Source: Amoebidium appalachense
Taxonomy: Eukaryota > Protista > Ichthyosporea
Length of the DNA stretch: 64,000 bases
Reading direction: 5' to 3'
NCBI GenBank assembly: GCA_963693365.1
Contig: CAVNZM010000001.1
Location: forward strand, 6,278,907-6,342,906
Below, piece after piece: positions 48,745-60,553 of the stretch. Numbering within the stretch: position 1 is the stretch's first letter; each line of letters starts with the position of its first letter. The notes beneath the pieces are model-generated. The model had not been told where the DNA came from. It did no database searches and saw only the letters and a program-made list of their open reading frames with translations. The position numbers and the translations under genes were made by a program.

Positions 48745-49489
48745 TATTTGTGTGCGGGCGCAGTGTGCATGTGTGTGTGTGTGCGTGCGTGCGTATGCAT
48801 GTGCGTGTGTGCGTGTGTGTGCGAGCCCTTGGCCGTGTATGCGCCACGCGGTGTGGTGCATGTGCTTCAAAAATAAAGACCAACACAAGGAAGGGAACCT
48901 TTTGTTTGAAACGCTTTTATCAAAAAGTTGCTCCAGCAACAACTCAGAAAAACGCACAAAAAAAAGAACCTTGAGCAACCTGTAACCAAACAACCAAAGA
49001 AGGGAAAGTGTACAGAATTGCGAAGCAAATTAATATTAGGCACTACTAGAAACATGTCAACAGATTTAAGTGGTACTAAACTACCAAAACAAGGCCAGCG
49101 TACAGAAGCTATGGGATATACCAGCAGAAACATCTTTACTAAATTTAATACACATGCTCTGCTCATGATTCTAGGTTTACCCTCTGCCGTCACCACCATG
49201 CACCAAAACAGCTACTTGATCTGGCCCCATCCCGGAACCCTCACGCATAGTCAAGTTCTAACTTGCAGTTCGCATGCACGGCCTCCTGCGCAAAGGCATT
49301 CTACTATCTAGCTGGTCACCCCCTGCCCCCCCCCCCCCCCCCCCTTCTCCCGTGCACCCTACCATTCCCTAACCCACAAGCCCCCCGAGTCCCCCCACGG
49401 GCGCGTTTAGCGGGCTTTGATAAGTGGGAGGTGTTGGAGAGCAACCCAGTGGAATGATAGGGGGGGGGGGGGGAGAGAGGGGGAGGGGG

Positions 49490-49531
<42 letters not shown>

Positions 49532-49859
49532 GGGGGGAACCGCAAGCAATGCAGCGGGCCAGGAACTCATCACCATCTCCGATATCATCAGCGGTTCACA
49601 AGTTGTCGTAGTATATCACGGTGACAACCTCTGTGTGAAGGCTTCCATGCTTCCTGCCCCCCTCTCCCCCCTCCCCCTCTCCCCTCCCTCCCCCCCCCTT
49701 GTTTGTGTTTGTTTGTGCGAGTGAAGAGTGTGAGTGTAAATGTGTGTCTTTCTCGCTACTTGTGGCCCGCATGCAAAACAACAGCCCAAATTAAAATGCT
49801 GTTTGGTGTTCATGTGTGCGTGTGTGTGAGTGGGCGGGTGGGTGTGTGGGTATGCGCGC

Positions 49860-49894
<35 letters not shown>

Positions 49895-50099
49895 TGTGTG
49901 TGTGACAATGTGTGTGTGTTTCTGTAATGTGTGAGGAGAGAAAAAAGCGGGAAAGGGGGCCCGGGGGATGGTGTTGGGGGAGGAGGGGCCGTTACGGGGG
50001 AAAGGGGCCGGGAAGGCGACACGTGCTGATTGAAGGATCGATCACGAGACTGTTCGGCACGCCAGAAACAGTATCATCCCATCGATCGAGACATGTCAT

Positions 50100-50319
50100 T
50101 GAGAGACACAGACAGAGAGAGAGAAAGAGGAGAAGGGGACAGGGAGGGGGAGGGAGGGAGGGAGATACACAGATAGAAAGAGAGAGAGAGGGGGGGGGGG
50201 GGGGGGAGGGGAGGGAGTGAGGGAGAGAGAGAGTGTGAGAGAGAGGAGAGAGAGAAGAGAGAGAGAGAGAGAGACGAGAGCTAGGGAGGGAGGGGGAGAG
50301 AGGGGTAGGGCGGGGAGGG

Positions 50320-50350
<31 letters not shown>

Positions 50351-50577
50351 GGGGGGAGGGAGGGAGGGAGCGAGGGAATAGTGAGTGCGTGCACGGGCGG
50401 GTGGGTGAGAGTAGAGAGAGAGAGAGAGAGGGGGGGGGGGGGAGAGAGGGGGCCGGGTGTGGGGGAAGCCCGGGGGGGGGGGGGGGAGGAACGAGGGAGT
50501 GAGGGAGCTCGAGTAGTAGGCGGGTGGGTGAGAGAGAGGGGCGGTGGGGGGAGAGAGAGAGAGAGAGAAAGGAGGGA

Positions 50578-50644
<67 letters not shown>

Positions 50645-51133
50645 AAGAGAGAGAGAGAGAAAGAGAGAGCGTGAGAGAGAGAGAGAGAGTGTGTGTGTGT
50701 GTGCGAAAGAGAGAGAGGGATAGACGAGAGGTTGGGCCGGGGGTGGGGAGGGAGACGGAGAGAGAGAGAGAAAGAGGGAGGAAGGAGGGAGGGGAGCGAG
50801 GGAGCGCGGGGAGGGAGGGAGGGAGTCATGGGCGGGTGGGTGAGAGAAAGAAAGAGGGGGGGGGGGGGGGGGGAGGGGGGGGGGGGGGGGGGGGGAGGGA
50901 GGGGCGGCTCGGGAGAGAGAGAGAGGGAGGGAGGGGAGGGAGGGAAAACCTTGGGATGAAAAGGGGGGGGGGGGGGGGGGGGGAGGGGGGGGGGGGGGGG
51001 GGGGGGACAGGGTGTGTGTGTGTGGGTGGGTGGGTGGGTGGGTGGGTGTGTATGTGTGTGTGTGATGGAGAGGCCGGGGAGGGAGGGAGAGGGAGAGGGG
51101 GGGGGGGGGGGGGGGGTGGAGGGGGGTTGGAGT

Positions 51134-51190
<57 letters not shown>
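50100..51190. repeat. Purine-rich (GA)n/poly-G low-complexity block
   Basis: Directly visible. Confidence 0.9.
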
Positions 51191-52395
51191 ACAAGTTGAC
51201 ACACCCAATTGCAACCATACCTACCCAACGCTAACTTTAACATGTACAAGCTATGTAGCGTGTCTGCCGGTGATAATCACAGTAGTGCTTGTCACATAAT
51301 GATCATCGATATCATCGCCACTGCCACTGCGTCTTCGGAGGCATAAATACCAGTTTTTAGCACTTACCTTCCAGGGTGTTCCTTGAGCTCTAGATCTGGT
51401 GTTAAAAATCTTATCGCAGCCAACGTCTTGTATGCCCTCAATGTTTCTATACATCCTTTTGTGGAATGCATAAGGTGCTATAGTTCATTAATATGTATTA
51501 AGCTTGGTGCGATAATTTAGTGTAATAATAGGTGTTTTCTGGCGTTCATTCGTTCTGGTGGCATTATGTGGTGCAACGGATGTACATGCATATCAGTGGA
51601 AACTTACCCTATCCTGATTAGTCGTTCGTCGGATCTGAAGAATGATCGCCCGCAACTCAAAGCAAGTGGGTTTTACCATTTCTCAATAATCTTATAAGTT
51701 CTTTGTTTTTCTCTCAAAGCCTTGGGGCTTTTCCGTATTCCAGCAATAGGGAGCTCGAGCCAGGCCAAGTTTGTTCCGCTAAAACCACAAATGCTAACTT
51801 GAACATGCGATTTTTCTGGTAAATGCCACACATTATAATTAACAAGGATTGGTTTGAAAAATCTTTTTTTTTATAATGACTTTATTGATATGCTCAGCAA
51901 AATAGAAGTAATGACTTTATTGAAAAATCCTGGCCACCTTGAATTGCAATTGTAAGACTATGATCATGATCATGACTTTTAAAATTCAAATTGAACACGT
52001 TTAAATTTCTAGATAATACCTTTTTCATGTTTACTGAGAATCAGAAACAAAATAAAAAGGACAAAAAAACGGCTGGGGGACTTCGTGCGTATCATCTGAC
52101 TACTCCGGCTTTGGGCAGCGGCATATACGAGTGTCAAAGATTCCCTGAAGTTTATACGACGCGTCCTACACTAAAAATGTTGGTGTAGGGAGATAATTCT
52201 GGGGTTTACGCTGTTTACTCGAGGCAAAGAGAACCAGTCTCAGGTATGGGGGGGGGGGGTTTGCTCGGAATATCCCCTCAGCGGTATATCATGATCACGT
52301 ACATAGATGTCGGGTGGTGACTATATATCAGGGTTTACTTTCTCTACGAGACACCATAAAGACTACAAGGAGAAATCAATTAGTTGGGGTTCCCC

Positions 52396-52396
<1 letters not shown>

Positions 52397-52447
<51 letters not shown>

Positions 52448-52479
52448 GGGCTCCCCTCGGGACACTCGGTATCAGCTGG

Positions 52480-52528
<49 letters not shown>

Positions 52529-53990
52529 GTGTGTGTGTGTGCGCGTGCGCTATAATTTTGTAGTGATGTGTTTCTCAAGCCAATCAATACATCTAATAAA
52601 CAGGTCGTAGTTACGCGTGTTTAGTATAAAATCAAGGATGTTGTAATTTACAGGTAGGCTATCTTTCTGGGTGTCTGTTGTGAATGTGACGTGTGTGTGT
52701 TGCGGTATTATGTGGTCTATCAAACTACATTTGGCGATACATGACCGGTTAAACTGGTGTGTGTGTGTGTTGTTTGGGCATGCAAATGATGCCACCTTAT
52801 ACTTATTAGATCTCCACTGTATAGCACGTGTACAGTAAAAGCGTGGTAATTGATCAATAATACCATCAGCTAGAGAAAGACCAGTTCTACAGGAAGGTAA
52901 TATGTATTTAGGTGTTATACACTTGCGAGTGCCATATTTGGCAATATGGTTGAGGCGGTCAGTATATATAAAACGAGACATAAGGCTTAGTTTTTCAAGG
53001 TGTATGCTTTCATCGGGTCTAGTGTCGTTTGGTATCTTTTTCCATTTGTTATATTGCGTGATTATCTTGTGATTGTGTACATGTTTAATAAGTAAGTGGC
53101 AGTCCAAAGTTACACACACACTATTGCGGGGTTTATTTGTATTTGTGCCCAGGGGAGAAGGGGAGAGAGAGGGGAGGAAAGAGGGGAGAGGTGAGGAGGG
53201 GACAGGTCGGATAGAGAAGAGAGGGTGGGAGGGCAAATACTTCTTTAAGCGGCTTATGTGCTTATTGAATTTCAGCGCGAGATAGGATACTCTAGCAGCT
53301 ATTGGGACCAGACCATATATCGAGAGCGTTACAGGCCCAGGTTTACAACAGTTGTTAGATAGAAAGGAGGCAACTTCTGCTTCAAGGAAATTTGCCAAGG
53401 GTTTAAGCGCTCTAGTTCTCTCTTTCTTGATCCAAGCGGCGAGAAGGGGTAAACCATATTCACATGCCGGGAAGACAAAAGTGCGAATAAATGTAAGTCT
53501 AATAGAAGGATGGAGGGGTGTGTCTTTAAAAATATTAGCCGAGAAGAAAGCTAACCGCTTACGAGCCAACTCTACCCTCTTTTCGACCATATGGGGAAAC
53601 ATAACACCAACAGAATCAACCGGAACACCAAGATATTTGTATTCTGGAACTATAGGTACAGGTTTAGATGATAATGTAAATGTGTGTAAATTGTTAGCTA
53701 TATCAGGTACAAGAACACCACATTTGTCTATGTTAAGGATCATAAGGTTTGCCTTGCACCACTCTGACACTACATCGAACAATCTTTGCAGGCGTCTAGG
53801 GGTACGGGCAAGGAGGGACAGATCATCAGCATAGAGAAGTGCAGGCGGAAAGTTATTAATAGGGTCATCGTTTTCGGCGTAAATCTTGACAGCCAAATCA
53901 TCTATAAATAGGTTAAACAAAAAGGGGCTAAGCAATGAGCCCTGCAAGAGACCTCTAGTACGAGCAAAACCATATGAAAGATATGCATAC
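52397..53990 (-). mobile_element. 5'-truncated non-LTR retrotransposon with poly(A) tail
   Basis: RT ORF, then a ~100-nt 3' UTR and a long poly(A) tract (T-run at 52397-52443 on +). The coding part begins within the RT domain. Confidence 0.88.
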
Positions 53991-54058
53991 CAGGAAAAGC
54001 CTGAATGGCAAGGTTTCCACAAATAGAATATAAAAAGACTCCCACCCTCTTGCGTCAT
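52550..54058 (-). CDS. Non-LTR reverse transcriptase, C-terminal part (N-terminus missing)
   Basis: RGLLQGSLLSPFLFNLFIDDL, LLYADDL, LNIDKC, YKYLGV and a C-terminal Cys/His cluster. The first ~25 aa of the ORF are probably flanking sequence. Confidence 0.9.
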   Translation of the reverse strand: MTQEGGSLFIFYLWKPCHSGFSWYAYLSYGFARTRGLLQGSLLSPFLFNLFIDDLAVKIYAENDDPINNFPPALLYADDLSLLARTPRRLQRLFDVVSEWCKANLMILNIDKCGVLVPDIANNLHTFTLSSKPVPIVPEYKYLGVPVDSVGVMFPHMVEKRVELARKRLAFFSANIFKDTPLHPSIRLTFIRTFVFPACEYGLPLLAAWIKKERTRALKPLANFLEAEVASFLSNNCCKPGPVTLSIYGLVPIAARVSYLALKFNKHISRLKKYLPSHPLFSIRPVPSSPLPSFLPSLSPSPLGTNTNKPRNSVCVTLDCHLLIKHVHNHKIITQYNKWKKIPNDTRPDESIHLEKLSLMSRFIYTDRLNHIAKYGTRKCITPKYILPSCRTGLSLADGIIDQLPRFYCTRAIQWRSNKYKVASFACPNNTHTHQFNRSCIAKCSLIDHIIPQHTHVTFTTDTQKDSLPVNYNILDFILNTRNYDLFIRCIDWLEKHITTKL

Positions 54059-54462
54059 TTGTGCATCGTTGTGCTCAGCAGAACACCTACAAAGTAAAGC
54101 TTTAAGGCTTTCTGCTGCTCTGCTGTAAACTCTGCTCGTTCAATTTGAAGTGTGAACATATCCTGGATGGCATATAAATCAGACTCCCAGTAGACACCGA
54201 ATGCATATATATCCTCGTGCTTGTCGATGCCTCAAACGATTTTAACACGGGAAGGGAAGAGTGAGTGCATGGATTGCTTTCGAACACTGTAATTGCGCTT
54301 ATAACGGTCCTTTACATTTGGCTATTAACGCAAAGTTTGTTGTTGTCTGACCTCGAGACCACTGAGATTATCTGTCTGTACACGTAACGATATCGTCAGG
54401 CAAAAAATCTTGCTTCATCACGGGACCCTCTCCTTCAAAACATCCTTACTGTATCATCAACC

Positions 54463-55041
54463 ATGGGTGGCAATATCAGTTACAACCCTCTCCTCATCGT
54501 CAACGACAGCACATACACGTGGACGTGCAAAGTCTTCCCCGTTCAATCATCCCCTATCTTTGACTGGACCAACCTTCAGACTGCAGGCTTCGTCAACAGG
54601 GTTCATAATGAGCTGCTGGGACGAGATGCCATCGTTACAAACTCGACAAACGTCGTGAGTGGCCAATTTATGGCTCCTGCAGTGGCCACAACAAAAACAC
54701 AGGCTGAGTTTGGTCCATATATCCACAACCGTGGTACTATAGTGGGCATAGACGGAAAAACCATCCCAGCGCGCTCGGCTGGTCTTTTTGTTCCCACCAA
54801 CCCTGGGGAACACGTTGTTTCGTGCTACCGCGCAAAACCAATCGATTACAACGGAGTGAAGTACACAAATGTGGAGATGATCCGCTTTGGGCAGGTCTTT
54901 GGCTCGGTCAACTACGATGTCAATAACAATCCCATACTGTCGGACGACATCAGTTTTCCTACCTACAATATCTTCAACAAGGTATCAACTGGGGCATTGC
55001 CGTTTTTTGTCGTCCAGTATCGCCACCTGTCTTATGTCTGA
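54463..55041 (+). CDS. Hypothetical intronless protein, 192 aa
   Basis: ATG-to-stop ORF of complex, beta-strand-like sequence with no microsatellites. No family recognised. Confidence 0.6.
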   Translation: MGGNISYNPLLIVNDSTYTWTCKVFPVQSSPIFDWTNLQTAGFVNRVHNELLGRDAIVTNSTNVVSGQFMAPAVATTKTQAEFGPYIHNRGTIVGIDGKTIPARSAGLFVPTNPGEHVVSCYRAKPIDYNGVKYTNVEMIRFGQVFGSVNYDVNNNPILSDDISFPTYNIFNKVSTGALPFFVVQYRHLSYV

Positions 55042-55988
55042 GAGTGTTTCCAATAATCTAAGGGTCTGACTCAGTGACAGAATAACAATCGGGTTGCTTA
55101 TGGCATGACGATGTACTACTACTATTGATGTATCTATTATCGAAAACAATATTTATATGATTGACAGTGTGGTATTCTTGTTGTGCTTATATTTACTCAT
55201 TGTGTTGTATACATACTACAGGCTTGCTAGCCCCAGGCCCTGCCCCTTCACCAAATTAGTTTTGCCCCTCCGTCTCCTACCCTGATCTCACACATACACC
55301 GATCACTATTGTACGGAGTCCACATCCACAGATGCCCTACGTAATATCGGGCCCATGTACATGCTGCACACAGTCACAGTGCCTGCACGATATGCATGAT
55401 ATAGTCGGTCATTATGCAAGGACAGTACTCGTATCATGAAATCCAAAAGTGTAACCACACAGTTCTCATGCACGCTGCTGCAGGCCTTGTACAACTTATA
55501 ACATCTCAGGTTTTCAATGTACCCTATCCATGCTGTGCAGGCTGGCACATCATAAACCATATTATGTATATGGTAAAGTTTGCAGCCACCTCGTTGGTGC
55601 CACGGCGCCCCGGCGGGATGGTCTTTCTTATTTCTCCCTCAACGTGACAATAATGCATCAATGATATGAAGTTCCACACAGTGGTGTGTATTTGTGTGTT
55701 TTTAAGGTTTAGGTAGACTTCACTTTCGTGGTGCCAGCCTCGCCTTTCTGAGTTTAATGTGTGGTCATGCTAATACATGCAGATCCTTGCAATTGCAACC
55801 ACAGCCTGATGGGCAATTTTCCCATTCAACCCAAAACATACACTGTCAGACTCAATATCGACGGTTGCCATAATTATAAACTTACATTGCCTTTATTCGG
55901 TCTATCCCATGACCAGGCCTGTGTTCAAAATTGAATATTGCTCTCCAAATGCCGTGGGCGGGGTGGGGGCCGGGGCCCGGGGGAGGAA

Positions 55989-56021
<33 letters not shown>

Positions 56022-56055
56022 AGGTAGTAGTAGGCAGCCCAGCGCCGAGGGGCAG

Positions 56056-56089
<34 letters not shown>

Positions 56090-56343
56090 ACGGTTCAACG
56101 GTGACCGACCCCACAGGCTGCGGCATAACTTGAGTCCTATCTATAGTATGTCAGATATCATCATATAAGAATACTATGATTTAGCAGCGGTTAACACATA
56201 CACTCCCCTTGGCGAGACGTGCATCATTAAAGCTTATGAAGCATAGTAGTCCTTGACAACCTGAAATGGCAGGCTACATATGTACACCCCACCGGGCCAA
56301 GCCCCCCCCCCCTCCCCCCCCCTCCCCCCCCCCCTCCCCCCCG

Positions 56344-56424
<81 letters not shown>

Positions 56425-56428
56425 CCCC

Positions 56429-56468
<40 letters not shown>

Positions 56469-56889
56469 CCCCCCCCTCCCCCCTCCCCCCCCCCCCCCCC
56501 CCCCCCGGGGTTGGGGGGACCCGACATCTCCAATCTCCCGTTCAGCACGCTCGCACACACGCGCACACATTTTCACACGTATTCAGACGTACCTGCATAC
56601 ATCTACACAGGTACCACGCACGCACACGAGGTGCATGCGCACAAGCCAGCTGCAGTGATACGCACTTGCACATGTACATGCAGATATGCTAATAGCACAC
56701 CCAAACTGCACACATGATGCACCCTCCCCCACGAAGCCACACACGAAGACTGCACCGTGAGCACGTCGATGCCGTTGCCCCCAATAATCAATATCATATG
56801 TATAGTAACGAATGCAGTTTAGTTGGTGGGGGCCAACCGGGGGGAAAAATGTTTGGCCATCGAGTGCCGCGCAGGGACTCGGAGAGGAA

Positions 56890-56924
<35 letters not shown>

Positions 56925-57327
56925 GGCACCACCCATGGCCACCCACCATCCCACCTACCCAGGTTGGGGTGGGAGGGGGTTGGGGAGGGAGGGGGGGGGG
57001 GGGAGGGGGGGGGTGACCACCACCCACCTCCTCACCCGCCCAGCCTGGGTGGGGTGTTGGGGAGATGGGGGAAGACAACCATCACTCACCGGGGGGGTTG
57101 GGGTGGGGTGGGGTGGGGGGGGGGGGGGGGGGAGGGGGGGGGAGGGGGGAGGGGGGGGGGGGGGGGGGGGAGGGGGGAGGGGGGGGGGGCACCCACCACC
57201 CACCCCGTGCAGTTCCCTTGGTGACTGAAGGGGCAGAAAAGAAGGTGGAGAGGGGGAAGGGGGTGGGTGTCGGAGGCTGCCCGCCTACACATCCCGCTCC
57301 GACACGGAGGTGGGTCGGCCCCTCCGT

Positions 57328-57365
<38 letters not shown>

Positions 57366-57916
57366 CGCATTTATGCAATGATTCCGGAGGAGAGGGGAGG
57401 GGACCACCAGGGAGGAGTCAAATTTTGATACCCCCCTCCCTTCCCCCCCCTCCGTCCCGCCCCAGCCCTCCACCCTCCCCCCTCTCTCCATTTTTTCGAA
57501 TTCAAGAATCTCCAACTATAATGTAACATTTGCTATTTTCGGTAGGAGCAAGATTAGAGGTGGAGGGGGGGGGGGAGAGGGGGGGATGACAAGTAACTTC
57601 TCTCCCTGGACCTCCTCCTCGGCGTCATCATAAACACACACGCACATGGAGCGGGGCTGCAGGCCGCAGGGAGCGGGGGGAAGGGGGGGGGGGGAGGGGG
57701 GAGGGAGGGGAGGTGGGGGGGGTTAACCCACTAGTAACTTGCCGTCGAACTTCCCTTCCCACGTGCCCCCCCCCTTCCCCTCCCCCTTCTCCCCCCCCCC
57801 CCCCGGCCCCGGGGGGGGGCCACCCACCCACCCACCCATGGCCACCCACACCCGCACGTGCACACACACACAACCCCCCTGCCCCTCCCCCCTGGCCGCC
57901 ACAAGTGTGTGTGTGT

Positions 57917-57947
<31 letters not shown>

Positions 57948-58810
57948 GGGTGAATTGACCGGGTTGCAGGGGAGGGGGGGGGGGGGGGGGGGGGATGGAA
58001 GAGGGAAGATGGAGATGAAATAGACAGAAGGAACGGTGGGGAGCCTGCCTGCGCATGTACCGACCGGGCAAGGGGGACAATTTGGCTGTCAGAATTACCA
58101 AGCTGGTGTGGTGAGCTGTGTGTACGTCAGTGTGTGCGTCTACTAATGATCGAAAAGGCATCAATTTATGCTCGTATGTTTTTACACAAATGGTGCGGAA
58201 TGGTGTGTGCTGGCCAGCTTGTGTTCGGTGTAAGTACGTGTGCTGAATTGGGGACAGATTCCTGACCATCCCTCACAGCTATTGACTATCGGTCTTTACA
58301 GGTTTCGTCAGCCTCTCACGCTTATCCCTAATTAACCCCCCTCCCCCCTCCCCCCCCCTCCTGCTCCCGCCTCCCGCCTCCCCCCCCCCCCCCCCCTCCC
58401 CGTGCCGCCGCTGGAACAGGGACGGGCACACGCACAAATTTCTTCGATCTGTCATAGCCACACAGAGTGGGCAATGTATTGAGGCAAAATAAGACGTATG
58501 CAGGTATAAACGTACAAAGAAATTATATCACAAGCACCTCCTGGGTGTGTGCCATATACAAAGACATATTCTAAATAAAGGATGGTTGGTTTGTTACAGT
58601 AACAAGGTGGGATACAAAACACTGCAATTTGAAATACAACAGCCTGAGGTGGCAAGAGCCTTACAAGTCCCCCGGCCCACAAAAGTGCTAACAAATCTAA
58701 ATCTTGCGCTCCCTGCCCCTCCTTCCCCCCCCCCCCCCCCCCCCCCAAACACACACACACACATCCGTGCTATTATTAGCAGACCTCGTCCCCCCCCCCC
58801 CCCTCCCGTC

Positions 58811-58841
<31 letters not shown>

Positions 58842-58930
58842 GAATATAATAAACAAAATGGAAAAATGGAAAAAATGAGGGGATACCAACACACGAAATT
58901 TAAGCCCATCCTTTTGCATGCTCAGTCCCC

Positions 58931-58961
<31 letters not shown>

Positions 58962-59022
58962 AAAAAAAAAAAAAACTCCTCCCTCCCCATCCCCCCCCAA
59001 AAAAACACACACACACACACAT

Positions 59023-59065
<43 letters not shown>

Positions 59066-59337
59066 AGAAAAGCGATGACAAGAACATATTCACAGGGAAC
59101 ATAGGAAAAACGAATCAAGGCAACGAACAACTGTCGGACCTTGTAGTCAACAAGAGATCCCCCCGCCTATATCCACTTCAGTCAGCTTTTTCGCCAGCTC
59201 CAGCGCACATGCCCTGAACGAACTGGGATCCCCCCCCCCCCCCCTTCCCCCCTCCCCCCCCCCTCCCATACACACACACACAGACACACACGCAAATACA
59301 CATACACACACCTGCTCATTAACACATCACCCCTACT

Positions 59338-59856
59338 CTACTGCTCCTCCTCCTCCTCATTGTCCCCCTCCTTTGCCAGCAGCTGCCGTGCCAACTTCAC
59401 GTTCTGGTACTCATTGTAATGTTGCTTCCTCTTCGCCTTGAACGTGCGTGCGTGCTCATCATCCTCCCCCTCTGACCAATCCCCGTGCGCGCTCCCCTCG
59501 GAACCGCTCCCACTCCCCTTTGCACTCACCTCTGCCACGTGCCCCCCAGCCACCCCCTCCTCGAGCGAAAATTCAGGAACCGCTTCAAGCTCTCCAGCGT
59601 GGTGCGAGTCCGCCCCTTCTGGTGCGTGGTAGGGGGTTTTTGGCTCGTCAATTTTCATAAAACCGTAGTCTTTGTGTTCTGCGATGTACTGCAGTTTTTC
59701 TTCATCCCACTGAAGGGCTGCTTGTTTTTTCTTCTCCTCTTCAGCAGTAGTGGTAGTGTCGATGCTTCGTTTTTTTAGGATCCCTTTTGGGGGTGCTGGG
59801 TTGACGGGTGGTTCGTGAAGAACCTTGGGCTCCTCGGCTATAAGTGGGTCTGACAT
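59338..59856 (-). CDS. PPP1R2: Protein phosphatase 1 inhibitor-2 (IPP-2/Glc8 family), intronless
   Basis: KGILK (SILK motif), LQWDE, MKIDEPKTPY and FKAKRKQHYNE in the canonical order. The probable start is MSDPL at 59856. Confidence 0.93.
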   Translation of the reverse strand: MSDPLIAEEPKVLHEPPVNPAPPKGILKKRSIDTTTTAEEEKKKQAALQWDEEKLQYIAEHKDYGFMKIDEPKTPYHAPEGADSHHAGELEAVPEFSLEEGVAGGHVAEVSAKGSGSGSEGSAHGDWSEGEDDEHARTFKAKRKQHYNEYQNVKLARQLLAKEGDNEEEEEQ

Positions 59857-60553
59857 GTTTGGCGGTGTGACGTGAGAAAAATGTAGATTGAGAGTAAAGG
59901 AATGAAGGGAAGAAAACAAGAAGTGGCAAGAAGAAAGCTACGTAGCAAACGTTATGCTGCTGTTTATTTGTTGTCACCGTGTGATAGGCGATGGTGTACG
60001 AAGCCTGCACCATACGAAATTCTGACAGTGTCAAACGGCCTGAATACAAACTTCAAGTAAAAAGGGCTCTCTCACACGGGGACGGGTTGCTCCAGAACAA
60101 AAACATAGTTTGAAAAGATTTGCAATCTCAATAATATTATAGACAATCAAACATAGATGCATACCCACCTAAAATAAGAGTTGATTGGTTATTAAGCAGT
60201 CGTGCGAACAGGCCCAAGAAAGATAGAATTTTAGCTTGCAAAGATTATGCAACTATGGCTTTAAAAGATTAAATGGTTGGACCAAAAAAACTGTGAATCG
60301 CTTATCTTTGCTAAAAAGTATGCTTGCGGCACTTCTTTTCATGAATCTTAAAGCCAACCCATCTAAAGCCAAACATAACAAAACCATGAAGCACCTAAAA
60401 TGGAACAAACCTACACTATGACCGGATTTTAATTGGATAAAAAAAATTAATAGCTTTTAACACTAACTTGAATGGTATGAAACTTCTCAGGCGCTTTAAC
60501 GGTCTGCTGACATCAGTGGCATCACGTAACAGTCCCGAAAAAGGAAGGTGACC

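Noticed and set aside
48870-49310. Possible old LINE fragment (KLILGTTRNMSTDL)
   Set aside because: No diagnostic RT motif.
55260-59220. Scattered exon-like snippets on both strands
   Set aside because: They could not be joined into a consistent or recognisable protein.
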